A DNA stretch of 63,775 bases, filler included, from Octopus bimaculoides (lineage: Eukaryota): the NCBI RefSeq assembly GCF_001194135.2. It is 7 parts of 6 records of this genome, joined end to end, with 100 filler letters (N's around TTAATTAATTAA, not from the genome) between each part and the next. Parts side by side here need not be neighbours in the genome. Positions count along the whole stretch, not along the records: positions 17,415 to 30,268 come from NC_068995.1; positions 30,369 to 39,188 come from NW_026396945.1; 5 more parts are not named here. One strand, written 5' to 3'. Under the pieces are notes generated by a model. The model saw only the letters and a program-made list of their open reading frames with translations, did no database searches and was not told the DNA's origin. A program made the position numbers and the translations under genes. Below, piece by piece: positions 24,791 through 37,669 of the stretch. The first letter of the stretch is position 1, and every line of letters begins with the position of its first letter.

Positions 24791-25269
24791 TGCGAAACAA
24801 AATGGACCCAATAGGAGAGTTTGACGACCTACCACCAGTTATAGACTACGACGACTACCAGTTATAGATTACGACAATTAGCTTTAAAAATTTTTAAAGA
24901 CTACACATACGATTCTAAAAGGAAAAACGGAGAAAAATGATATAAGAACTTTGTATTAAAACAGTTAAATGGGATTACTTGAGAGTGGGGTTCAAGCAGC
25001 CATTACATCCTCATTTAATTATTATACATCTCTTATTCATTCGTTTTATGTTCTTTGTCCCCACTGTGGTGTTCTGTCTGTCCTTGTGCCGTCCTCCTCT
25101 GTGTCATGGNNNNNNNNNNNNNNNNNNNNNNNNNNNNNNNNNNNNNNNNNNNNNNNNNNNNNNNNNNNNNNNNNNNNNNNNNNNNNNNNNNNNNNNNNNN
25201 NNNNNNNNNNNNNNNNNNNNNNNNNNNNNNNNNNNNNNNNNNNNNNNNNNNNNNNNNNNNNNNNNNNNN

Positions 25270-25347
<78 letters not shown>

Positions 25348-25449
25348 AAGAACAACCACATGCACATATTCAAGAGCTGCAGAAATGGAAAACTCCACAT
25401 GCGAAAGAACGTCATTTGACCGAAATTGACTTATGCTAAATATAGCCTC

Positions 25450-27120
25450 AACCACACATTAAACCACTGGGTCTATTGATGAATTGTAAAGTTGGAATAC
25501 ATGTAACAGAAAGCAATAAAATTACATAACTTTTTAAATAACTGCTGAAATGTTAGCTGTATCAACAACTAACCTTTACCTATGTCTGGTGACTGTAGGG
25601 GCAACAACATATTTGATAAACCTTATTTTTTCGTAATCACAGTAATTATCTCGAATGTGGTTGTGCCTGATATCGAAGACATTGAAAATGATCAAATTTA
25701 TCTTTTTACGAATTAAATATCGAGATATCGAGTTAGAGCGTCTTTTATATTTGAATTATGAATTAATCAAATTTCCTGGCAAGAATGTTGCTATTATAAT
25801 AAGTTACTACTAGGGCAACAAGCAATGCACCTCATCGAAGAAAGCAAAGGAGTAGGAACAGTTGGAGTTATCTCAATTCCCTTGTCTCGGTTATAGAATA
25901 TTGTTAGTTAATCCTAAATATTTTCCTTATTCACCGTATTTCACCCTACTGAAGTTAATTTTTGTTAAAAAATCTATCGTAAATAATCCAACCCATTTAT
26001 TATTATCATCATTATTATCATTAAGGAAAGAACTAACAACTCAATCAATAAAATGTAAAGCAGAGACTGTCCATCTTAAAATATAAATAAGCTAAAAGAT
26101 CACAGACATGCCAAATACAACATGGTATTAACAAAGATTTCTAAAGTAATGTCTGCTTTCAAAGAGTAAACAAATTGATTTACGCAGATACTGTCAAAAG
26201 AACAACCTCCAAATCCATAACAAAGACGCCGCGAAAGAAAATTATTGAAAGTAAGATAGATGTTTTATGAAAACATTCGTTAATACTGAAGGAAAGAGAA
26301 AAGACCTCCTCAAATATTAGAATAATGAAAGAAATGAAAAAATATTTCAGAAATACATGAAAGCAAAGGAGGAAATCATGTAAAGGAGGTAATTCAAAAC
26401 AAAATATTTAACAGATTTGATTGATGTATTTAGTGATTTATAGAAGTAGAACATGTCTTCCATCATAAAGGAATATTTGAAGAGTAACACCATTGGTAAT
26501 TAATTCAGTCAGATGTAAAAGATTAATCCAGTGTAAGAGTAGAGAAATATTAGGGAGACAAACAATGAAAAATAGCCAAGCCAGAAAATGAGAGACAAAA
26601 CATGTATGGATTATGAACGCGGTTTAATAAGATCGAAGAACTGAAAGAGCAGAAAAGGTGAAATATATCAAATCAGAGTTGATTATACATTAAAAATTCC
26701 CGACAATAACTAGCAACTTGAAGTCTTCGGGAATCAAGAGTGTTTTTGAAGAAATATCTTTACAATTACACAGAAAGACAGGCTTTCAACAGTACCTTAG
26801 ACGAATAACATATAACATCAAGCTGGCCGTTAGGAATTCGACTAGTAAACCTACAATCCCTGAAATCACTAATTGTAACAATTATTTGTAATATGCGATA
26901 CATCTGTCACTACCCTCCATACAGACTGTCAAACACATTTTTTTAAAATGAAGAACAAATCAATTAATTCTTTATTAATGTATCAATTTTAGAGAACGAT
27001 AGAAAATCCAAGAACCTAGGTGTAACACAGACCAATCAAATTAGTGTTTGATATTGATCCTCATAGGTGAATAAAAAAGCAACCTCAATATGAATTTTTT
27101 AAGGAATGTGGTGGAAGACT
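25450..27120 (-). mobile_element. Highly decayed APE-type LINE (CR1/L2/Jockey-like)
   Basis: The plus strand is purine-rich. A minus-strand remnant, RIPNGQLDVICY, resembles the C-terminus of an AP endonuclease. No intact ORF remains. Confidence 0.35.
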
Positions 27121-28221
27121 GGAAAATAAATACAACACTTCACAACAGGGAATCGTAATCACTAGATCGGTTATAAGAAATGGTAACAATTTCGGAAGAG
27201 TGGTCTTTACAATTAACTAAATCCTTCTTTAAACTTGATCTAGCACTGCCGTCATTAGCGACAGAAATAATCTGAACTGAATATGAAGATAACGTTATGG
27301 GCATCGGCATGGTTTTGTGGTTCAGAAGCTTACTTCTGAAGTCTATGATTCCAGGTTCAATTCTGTTGTGCTCTACTTCTAGCAAGAGTCTTCTACTATA
27401 AATCCGGTCGGCCAATAAGTAGCTTGAGAATAGAATTTGGTTGACGGAAACAATGTGAAAACACCATGTATATTTATATAAATACAAATTTATGTGTACG
27501 TCATTCACCGATCTACATCTGTCAATGACTTGACCATTGTCAAGTCACCGAAACATTTTTGACACTATCTTGTCACTCTCACCATCAAAAATGCAGTGAA
27601 CAAGTGATTCAATCAACGATACTATTGTTCACAAACCGTGATATAAGACAGAAGGAAAAATTAATAAACCATTTCTCCCTTTCGTTAATCAATCCATGGA
27701 GGAGGAGCAGGATCTCATGACATTTTGCACGCACTTCCAGAGTGGTGAGTCAACACTGTATATGTTATACTTTAATTTTTCTAGGTTCATGGCTTTAGAA
27801 AATATATTGAGCAAGTAATGAATGTCAGATAATTAGAATTACAGAAAGAAAGGTTTAGGCAAACTGTATAGTTGTTACCTTACCACTTAATATGAATGAC
27901 AAGAAATGTGTATAACTTACACTTGTGTTATGAAGAAGCGCTGCTTCTCTGTTCCGAGGAACAGGTGCCGCTTCAACACCTGAAGTAGTGACAGATACAA
28001 TGGAATGAAAAGTTGCCAATTAGAGAGACAGAAATATTTTAATACTGACACAACGTGTGATAGCTGCATGATAATAGCGATCCTATATATTGAATGGTAC
28101 ATATTTCGTCGCTGTAGTAAAATATGAGATATGAAATTCACATTAGTGTAAAGGGATATAGTTAAGTAGTCATTTAATACAAAATATTTCTTCTGTTCGA
28201 ATGTACAGTTTCTCACCGCTG

Positions 28222-28979
28222 ATAGATACAAGGTGGGACAGAGAGGACGGACGTTTTTTAATAAATTCACAAAATCATTAAGTTTAGCTACAAGCAAATA
28301 TTGTCATCAATGTAATTGTACTGAATTAGAATTTCTCAAAATCAAGAGTGGAAAACATCTGTCATGTGGTATTTGTTTTCGTCGATGCATTTCTGAAGTC
28401 GTTCTTGGAAGTCGCCTCCACTCTCTCCAGCATTGCGGTGTCGATTTGGGCAACTTCCACGCGAATAGCTTCCTTCAAATCGTCCAATGTACGGGACTTA
28501 TGCGCATATACACGTGCCTTGAGGTTTCCCCAGAAGAACTAATCACACATGGACAAATCAGGGGATCGAGAGGGCCAAGGAATATCAGCAAACCTGGAAA
28601 TGAGGCGGTCACCGAAGAGAGGGTGAAGAACATCCATTGATGCTCTGGCTTTATGGGCCGACGCCCCATCCTGCTGAAATCACGCACGTCAAATAGGTAT
28701 ACGTTTTCATCGTAATTCAAGCACAAAGAAACTGTTTATCTCAATGTAACGCTTGGAGTTCACAGTAACATCATTTCCATTATTGTCTTCAAAAAAGTAT
28801 GGACCAATGACGGCAGCTTTTCCAACAGCACACTAGACCGTCACTTTTGAGAGTGCGGTTTTTGGTGCAGTTCTATCAGATTTTCAAGAGCCTAATAACA
28901 GTTCTGTAGATTCACCATGCTATTGAGATGAAAATGAGCGTCATCACTCATTAACAAAATGAGGTTGCCATTTGTTTCA

Positions 28980-28981
<2 letters not shown>
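28222..28981 (-). mobile_element. Tc1/mariner-superfamily relic, DD41D (rosa/Visitor-like)
   Basis: My translation gives FQQDGASAH...PWPSRSPDLSMCD (41 residues between the Asp residues), plus MSDDAHFHLN and VIGPYFFED. The terminal sequence is tacaaggtgggacag. It is interrupted by (TAA)n and a SINE at 28980. Confidence 0.85.
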
Positions 28982-29042
<61 letters not shown>

Positions 29043-29405
29043 CCTTTCTACTATAGGCACAAGGCCTGAAATTTGGGTGACAGGAATAATGGATTGCATT
29101 GACCCCAGTGTTTCACTGGCACTTAATTTATCGATCCCGAAAGGATGAAAGGCAAAGTCAACCTCGGCGGAATTTGAACCCAGAACGTGAAAACAGACGA
29201 AATACCATTAAGCATTTCGTCTGTCTTCCCGTTCTGGGTTCAAATACAGCCGTGGTCGACTTTGCCTTTCATCAATAATAATAATAATTATTATTATTAT
29301 TGATGTATCAAGCGGAAAGGGACCCTGTGAGACTTTTGGTAACAAGCTGCTGTCGACTCTCACAGAATCAACCAGAGCAAACACGACCGAGCGCTCTGAG
29401 AAATA

Positions 29406-29466
<61 letters not shown>

Positions 29467-30010
29467 AAAAATAACAACAGCAACAACAACATCATTAATA
29501 CCAAATACAATAGTAGCGTTTCTGCAACAAACTGCGAGATTAATGCAGCACCTAGTCTTTCCCAAGCGTCAAAAATACCTACGCTCTTCGTCACCAACTA
29601 CAACCATAACAGTACAAATGACATCGAAAAACAATGAATATCCAGAGACCTGTTTGGAAAGAAATATCTTAAACCAAGTTGCAGTTTCTAATTTTGCATT
29701 CTGCAATTCACAACGCCAACACCATGTGACAGGTCGAGTTATATGTTACTAGTTGCGATGATAATGACTTGATATGCATATATACGTACTTATATACGTA
29801 CGTATACACATACGAAGATGCGAATATGTGTACGTATCGAAACTGATCATCACACAGTCGCAAATATATTTATATATCTATGTGTGTGCGTGTGTATGCG
29901 TGTGTACACATATATATGCATGCACATGTGTACATTTATCCATCTCTTTCTCTCTATCTCTCTCTCCCTCTTCCTCTCTCTCTCTGTTATATGTATGTAT
30001 GTATGTACGT

Positions 30011-30207
30011 ATATGAGACGGTGCAAAACGTTCAGGACCATCAGTCAATTATGATCGTATTCAAGACATTTCCCTCTCAGGTTCACACACTTATTGTAGC
30101 GGTACTTCAGTTTTTCTAAACCCTGCAACAGAACTCAGAAGGTTGGGTCTCCAAACAGGCCTTTCACGATACCCTAAAAGCCAGGAAATTTTCAGTACCA
30201 CCTCGTG
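30011..30207. mobile_element. Mariner-type MITE (~200 bp)
   Basis: Imperfect TIRs: left tatgagacggtgcaaaacgttcagg, right reverse complement cacgaggtggtactgaaaatttcctgg. Confidence 0.55.
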
Positions 30208-31874
30208 TGCGTGTGTGTGTATATATATATATATATGTATATATATGCACACACACACACATACACACNNNNNNNNNNNNNNNNNNNNNNNNNNNNNNNN
30301 NNNNNNNNNNNNTTAATTAATTAANNNNNNNNNNNNNNNNNNNNNNNNNNNNNNNNNNNNNNNNNNNNTTATCATTCTTTATATCAACTCAAAATACATC
30401 ACTTTAACATGGAATTTCCACCCATTAACTGGGTATAATATCCCAGTTTTTGTGTGATTTTTACTACCCTGGTAACTATTAAGATATTTGCATAATCAAG
30501 GTTTTTCAACCAAGATAATATTAATATATATATATATATATACACACACTATAAAGCATGTCCAATACAGATAGTATTTGTTAATAAACATAGTATCATT
30601 GTAAATACATATGTTTATTTGTGATGAAAACCTGAGTCCATCTCATTCATTTTATTGACATCCTTTTGGTGCAAACTGAATAAAAGAAGTATGTTTTGCT
30701 TATATATAACATGCAGCTATATTATCACATATTGATAATGAATAGAAATGGCTTTTCTGATAATTTTTCCACTTTAACAATTAGATGTTTATAGGAAACT
30801 CTTATAAACATCTAATTATCAAAATGGAAAAATTATCAGAAAATTCATTTCTATTCATTTTTTTTTAAATATCTCATAATACTTTACCAAGGACTTTCTA
30901 TTTTTTATACTTACATACATATTTTATATATATGTGTGTATATTTATTTATATATATATTGTTTTTTTTTTATGTGGTATACCATATATATTTTATATAT
31001 TAAGTAAAAAGGAGATGAGTTAGTTGAAAAAATATGGAACTAACATATATATAAAAGCTATAAATTTTCTGTAAAAATATCATTCCTGATGGAAGCCCTA
31101 AATAATGTTTTCTACTCAAGGCACAAAGCCCCAAATTTTTGGTGTGAAGGGGCCAGTCGATTGGATCAACCCCAGGACACAAATGGTGCTTAATTTATCG
31201 ACCCCGAAAGGATGAAAGGCAAAGTTGACCTCGGTGGAATTTGAACTCAAAACGTAAAACCAGACAAAATACCGCTAAGCATTTCACCTGGCAAGCTAAC
31301 GTTTCTGCCAGCTCACCACCTTAAAATAATCAAGCACTTTCTGAACAATTGAAGCAGCCAGTACTGTTACAGAATATTCATTTTTTTGATGGGGAGGAGA
31401 CCAGTCGATTAGATTGTCCCCAGTACATAACTGGTACTTAATTTATCAACGCCGAAAGGATGAAAGCAAAGTCAACCTCAGTAGAATTTGAACTCAGAAA
31501 GTAATGGTGGACGAAATACCATTAGACATTTCGCCCGGCGTGTTAACAATTCTGCCAGCTTCTCGTCTTGCCCTAAATAATCAATTATTATTTATTGATT
31601 ACAAAAAAGATAATATCTCATCTTTTCTTGTAATCAAATAATAACTAATGTTTCTCAGTTCTCAATTTCATCTCCATTTTCTTATTTTCCCTTCTAGATA
31701 AACTTCAGTTTATTCTTTTCCTTGCCAATCATTTATGAGCATTGACACTAATACTTATAATCACATATAGGTAAGATACCAGTAATTCAATGGATATAAA
31801 TATCCCTTAGACAGTTTTTATAACCTCTCATTAAACTCACCTATATATATGTATGTACATATATATATGTGTCC

Positions 31875-32125
31875 CCATTGACAGACCCTCAGTATTAATA
31901 AAAAGTTAAACACTTAAGCTGTGCATATTAGTTGCTCCAGTTTTCTGTAGCTACTGTAATTGCTGACTATATAAACAGGTTAGCAGTTTGTTTCTCTGGG
32001 ATTGGTAAAGTTGATGTAGACACCTCCGAGGAGAGTCCAATAGGGTCCGAAAATCGGTTAAGGTTGTTCATATTTTTTTCAACCTGCAGAGAAATAACTA
32101 AATTTGCTCTGTTTATATAGCTACT
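31875..32125 (+). repeat. Interspersed repeat with degenerate hammerhead-like core (copy 2)
   Basis: gacacct-CCGAGGA-gagtcc-aata-gggtcc-GAAA-atcggtt-aaggttgttc, enclosed by complementary flanks (atataaacag...tttctctg / cagagaaat...ctgtttatat). Confidence 0.55.
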
Positions 32126-32149
32126 CTATAAGTTACATATATTCTTTAA

Positions 32150-32610
32150 CCCCTTCAGTCATGGATAAAAAAGCAAAACTTTTTTTTTTAATTTTTTTAT
32201 TTATACCAAAATATAGGTAAATCACACATATTGAGTAAATTTTTAAAGGAATCCATATTCAATATGCCTAATTTTCGGCATGGACAAATAAAAATTTTCC
32301 TAACACTAGTTAAAAGAAAATACCAATTTACTTACATCTGTGAGATTTATGAGAAAACTTAGCCATCTTCTATGGCTTATGAGTAAACACTGAGTCAGAA
32401 TCACACGGTCTTGGACCTTATTGGACTCTCCTCAGAGGTGTCTACATAAATTTGACCGATCCCAGAGAAACAAACTGCCAATCTGTTTATATAGTCAGCA
32501 TCTTAGAGGTGTCCAGTGAATTGGTAACTGTGACTCAATTATATTTTATATTTCTTTTGTAATTTGTGCTGAAAAATTATTCATTACACTGTACAAAGTG
32601 ACTGAAGAGG
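32150..32610. mobile_element. piggyBac-type non-autonomous element (TTAA TSD)
   Basis: TTAA|CCCCTTCAGTCA ... TGACTGAAGAGG|TTAA; the TIRs match at 11 of 12 positions. Confidence 0.7.
32400..32510 (-). repeat. Hammerhead-like repeat (copy 3), inside the piggyBac-type element
   Basis: The minus strand reads gacacct-CTGAGGA-gagtcc-aata-aggtcc-AAGA-ccg. It is ~100 bp and strongly similar to 31961-32055 in inverted orientation. Confidence 0.55.
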
Positions 32611-33329
32611 TTAAAAAAGCATCAAGATCACAACATCACATTAAATGTTATTAAGCATCACATTAGATGTTATTAAACAGGCGTTGTTTGTCTTTGGGGA
32701 AGGCATCAATATCACAACATTGCATTGTATATTTTCTTGTATGAGATACTGAAAGGTTAATGTTTTCACTGAAGTCATCATCATGTGTGTTTAAGAAAGG
32801 CATCAACATCACAGCATCACATTGGATTTTTCACCAGTGTAATCCTTATTTGTGTTTGGGAAATGAATCAACATCTCAACATCACATTTTCTACTTTTGT
32901 GTGTGAAATATTAAAGACATAAAAATTATTTTCTGTTAAAAATTGTTTCTTGAACTTTTACCAGATATTTCAGTCACCACATTTCCAGACAACTACTGCC
33001 ACAACTCTACAACGACTACAAACATCACTCCACCACAGCCAACACCACAACACTATTACAACAACAATCATCACCAAAGCATTACAACCAACACAGCAAT
33101 ACTACAACCAATGCTGCAACACTACAGCTACCACAACTGCATTATTATTACCAACATCACAACACTACTACAACTAAGAACATAAGAACATTATTATTAT
33201 TATTACTATTATTATTACTATTATTATTAAGGCAGGAAGCTAACAGAAATGTTAGCACGCCAGGCAAAATGCTTATCTGCACATGGTCTGTCTTTACATT
33301 CTGAGTTTAAATTCCACCGAGACCTTCTG

Positions 33330-33935
33330 ATTCTTGATGTTGACCATGCTTCTCTGGCAATTCAGTGACAAAATCCTGAAACCAGCAATAAAATCCTTCA
33401 AACATGTTGTTCTTGATAATGTAGTTGGGCTCTAGGATTTGAACCCTTTTCACTAAATTAGCATTTCTTTATCATGAGTGAACCACCATTTGGACATGTG
33501 ACCTTAATGTGAATAATCCATTTAATCAACCAATCATTTTGCAGAAGATCAGACTACCAGTTAGAACTTCATCTCAAGTGTACTTAGATTCATAACTTTT
33601 CTTTGCGCTCCACAGATCCGGTCGCTTTCTCCAAATGTCCTCTCTCAAACACTTCAAAATGTGGCAGTAGAATTCTTGATTGACAATCTGGCCATGGGGG
33701 GATGAATTCTTGGTGCACAATACCACATTTCTGGAGATGACATCCATCACAGGTCTTCCAGATTGCTTGTCATCTTCCAGGGATGTTCTTTGCTTTTGAA
33801 GTGCCCATGCCATTTGAAACATTGCATACAAACCCATTACTTCATCGTTTTAAGCTTGTTTTAAACTTGGGAAGTTCCAAAGTTTAAAACAAAATTTCTT
33901 CCCAAGTTTAACACAAAATTTCTCTTTGGCTCTTT
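33330..33935 (-). mobile_element. Internally deleted mariner relic, left part; its right part and TIR lie at 37678-37877
   Basis: SLEDDKQSGRP and VNQEFYCHILKCLREDIWRKRPDLW. A mariner-like terminus, tatgagaggtcgtatcagaaagttcc (minus strand), lies at ~37853-37878. Confidence 0.7.
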
Positions 33936-33943
33936 GTTCCTGT

Positions 33944-36900
33944 TAGGGTTGCCAACCATCCTTTATTCAGCTCTATTTGTTCTTGTCCTTTATTGAGATT
34001 TGAAATGTCACTATTTGTCCTTTATTTTGAAATCGTTTTGACTGGTAGTTCAATTTCCTGCTTTCAAGACATGATTGCAAAAGCATTTACTTCTTGTAAG
34101 ATTGCAAACTCTGTCAACTCTGCAGTTTGCACAATACCAGAAGTACAGAGCAGCAGACTGCAAACCAGGGTGTAAAATTAGCCTCATTTTATGTGTATCT
34201 CAATTCTCAATTTCAAAGAAAAGGCACTCATTTTGGAAAAACGAGAAAATAGTAAACTATGTCACTAAATATGAGAATCACCACCAAGAAAAAAGAAAAG
34301 AAAAAACAATAGAGAAAGAAAGAAGGTGCCGTTGGACGTTTAGAAAGGCAATACCTCTGCCTGAACTGAACTGGGGCTCACGAAAAAGAAGAATCAAAAC
34401 AAACATGGCATATTATACAAGGTAGTGATGAGGCCCTTCACAAAATCGGGCCATAATTTGTTATAAATACCAGAAGAACAGTGAAATCTATGTGAGAAAA
34501 CTTGTAATAGTAGTGCCGATATTTCATGTTATCATCGGAAAACAATATTAATTGAAAGTGTGTTTTCGAGACATGATAATTTTTACATTGTTACAAGAAT
34601 GTACTGATTAGGCCCAACTTTTCAGGTGCAAGCATTTCGATTTCAGTTCACATTTCAAGTTATGCGCCTTTTAGATACATGTTTGTTGGGCCATGTAGTA
34701 TCTTTTTGTTTAATATTGTCATGGTTTGGTGAAAAATTATATGATTAGTAATTATTATTTTCAAATTCAATACAGCTAGTGAAATCATCGTGAGCCTGTG
34801 ATGCCCAGAGCTTGTTGCTCGTTCAATTGGATGCTAGTTTTCTTGCACCCCATCCCCATTGAATGGCCAAGAACTAGGCTAAAGAATATTTCTTTAAGTT
34901 AATTTCAGGAGTTTGAAGTTATAAGAAATTCTGGGCTTTATGTGCTAGCATAATTTGCTTTTTAAGAAGCTAAGTAGACTTACCATAGCCTAAGTTATAT
35001 TCACATATTATTTGAAATATCTTCTAACAGTGTCTGTGTGAGTGCGGATATGACTGAATCATTGACCTTTTCTTGACCTGCTTGAAGTGCATGCATCGAC
35101 TCTAGACCTTGTTTCACAACGTATATTTTATTTCAATGCTAAATCAATTATTTTCTCTCACAGGGTTTTAATACATTAGTAAGGCAGGACTGCAGTGACT
35201 CTTAATATTTTGTAGTGATGGAACCCTCAGTGAAAAAGAAGAGATAGTGCTCATATAACAAAGACTGGGAAAAGGAGTATGAATGGTTGACAGCAACTAA
35301 TAATCCACAAGAGGCAAAGTGCCTTTAAAATTGGCCACATATGGCTGTTGTAGCTATCAAACAACATAACACTTCTGATAGTCCTCAAAGTAACTGCAGC
35401 GCTTCAGCTTCCAAATCTTTAATTGATAAATTTTCTGTAAAAGCCAATACAAAAGAAGATAATGTATTACTTCAGAAGAAGCTCAAATATATCATGCAGT
35501 TAAACACAATCATTCCTACAACTCCCTTCATTGTAGCTTGAAATTGAATTCAAAACTTTACCAGGATTCCAAAGTAGCTGGAAAAATATCTTGTGGTCAG
35601 ACCAAATTGGAAGCCATAGTTACGAATGTGTGAGGTAAAAAAAAGCATTAGAAGTAGCATTGAAAGATTTGAGACAACATGATCCTCCTCTATATTTTTG
35701 CCTTCAAATCGATGCTTCTAACCACAAAAACAGGGAAATGTTTCCCATATCATCATCATCGTTTAACGTCCGCTTTCCATGCTAGCATGGGTTGGACGAT
35801 TTGACTGAGGACTGGTGAAACCGGATGGCAACACCAGGCTCCAGTCTGATTTGGCAGAGTTTCTACAGCTGGATGCCCTTCCTAACGCCAACCACTCAGA
35901 GAGTGTAGTGGGTGCTTTTANNNNNNNNNNNNNNNNNNNNNNNNNNNNNNNNNNNNNNNNNNNNNNNNNNNNNNNNNNNNNNNNNNNNNNNNNNNNNNNN
36001 NNNNNNNNNNNNNNNNNNNNNNNNNNNNNNNNNNNNNNCACCACATGTCCATACCAGCGCAATCGTCTCTCTTGCACGCCACAACTGATGCTTCTAATGT
36101 TCAGCTTTTCTCTCAAGATACTTAGTATTTCATTATGGAATATGGTGCAGTGAATTACATTAATTGACTTTTTTGAGAATGCTGATGAAAGCGCCGATGG
36201 AATGTTTAGATGTTTGAGAAAGACTATGGACAATTTGCAACTTGATTGGGAAAGAGTTTCATGTTTTAGTGCAGATAATGCAAATTGCAATTTTGGAATA
36301 AAGCATTCTTTATATACTAACATTCTCATACTAAATGACAGTGTTATTAAAGCTAATTGCAATGCCCACATTTTACATAATTCAGTAAAAAGTGTTCTGG
36401 AAAACTTGAATGTAGATGTAGAAAATATTATCTTAAAGATAGATGGACATTTTTCAGTATCAGCAAAAAGAACTGAAACTCTGAAAGACTTTCATTTATT
36501 TGTAGAGACAGAATATAGAGAGATTCTTCAGCATGTACCTACAAAATGGTTACCACTTCAGCCATGTATTTGAAAGAATTTTACTTTCTTGGAAAGTCTT
36601 GAGTTCCTATTTCTTAAGTAGACCAACTTATTTCTCTAAACGATTATATAAACTTCTTTTCCATTGATGATGATTCTACAGAAATACCCCCCAATTATTG
36701 AAATCTATCTGATGTTTTCGTAACATGTAATGGAGGTATTCAAATTATCAATTAAAGAACTTGAAAAGACTGAAACTACAGCAGTAGATATTTTCAATAT
36801 CATGACAGATTGAAGAAACAAGTTAAGATCTCAATATGCGGAAGAATTTTTCGGTTATCAAGTTGGACAACAATCGAAAAGTACTGATGAGGCTCGAAAG

Positions 36901-37669
36901 ATAGTTGAAGACTTTAAATTTTTCCTTACTTCTGCCATAACATATTTGGAAAACAGAATAGATTTCGATGAAAACTCAATATTCAGCAAATTATCAAATC
37001 TAAGTTTCTTAGGCCATTCATTCCCAAAGTTTCAGAAATTTGAAGAAGTAGTAGAACATTTGAAGCTAGAAGGAAAGCTTAAATTAAAGATGGATGAACT
37101 TTTTGATGAAGTAGTATTAATTCAAAGAAACTTCGACACTATCAAAAGCTCTGAATTCTTCATAAGCTCAAAAACAAGAAACAGAAAGTGGTATTTTATT
37201 TTGAAATTTATGGATCAATGTTTTAAAAATAGTTTCTTTTGTCCTATCAATTCCTGGAACATCATCTTATTGTGAAAGAGTTTTTAGTTTAATGCCATCT
37301 AAATGGTAAGATGAAAGGAACCGATGTTCTGTAGAATTAATTCAGAATGAACTTCTCATATATTTTAACATAAAAGATAGTTGCTTGGAATTCGCTAAAA
37401 ACATCAAAGAAGATACAAATTTTTCTGAAAGCAGCAAAAAGCCAGGGCAAATATAGTTTTAAAGATTAGAATCTTTTGATCAAGCTAAAATAAATGTCTT
37501 CTCATTCTTGTTTTTGTATTTTCATTTAGGTAAGAGAAATGTAATTTTGAACTGCATTTAATATTGGCACCTATTATAATCTATAGGAACTGAATCAAAA
37601 TTTGTGCACTAAAATAAATATTGTTTTTTTTATGTCCTTTATTGTAGTTTAACAGAGTTGGCAACCCTA
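33944..37669 (+). mobile_element. hAT DNA transposon with both termini intact; transposase pseudogenised
   Basis: Perfect 13-bp TIRs TAGGGTTGCCAAC (33944-33956 and 37657-37669) and an 8-bp TSD GTTCCTGT (33936-33943 and 37670-37677). Transposase motifs: FCLQIDASNH, FSADNAN, CNAH, HVPTKWL and CERVFSLM. Confidence 0.95.
35751..36124 (-). mobile_element. 5'-truncated RTE inserted into the hAT transposase
   Basis: The tail catcatcatcgtttaacgtccgctttccatgc is followed, after a gap, by ILREKLNIRSISCGVQERRLRWYGHV. Confidence 0.85.

Noticed and set aside
32618-32890. CRISPR-like repeat-spacer array
   Set aside because: The repeats are degenerate, the spacers unequal, the context eukaryotic, and there are no cas genes.
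36882-36902. CTGATGAGGCTCGAAA as a hammerhead core
   Set aside because: It lies inside the hAT transposase reading frame, with no helix I or III pairing.
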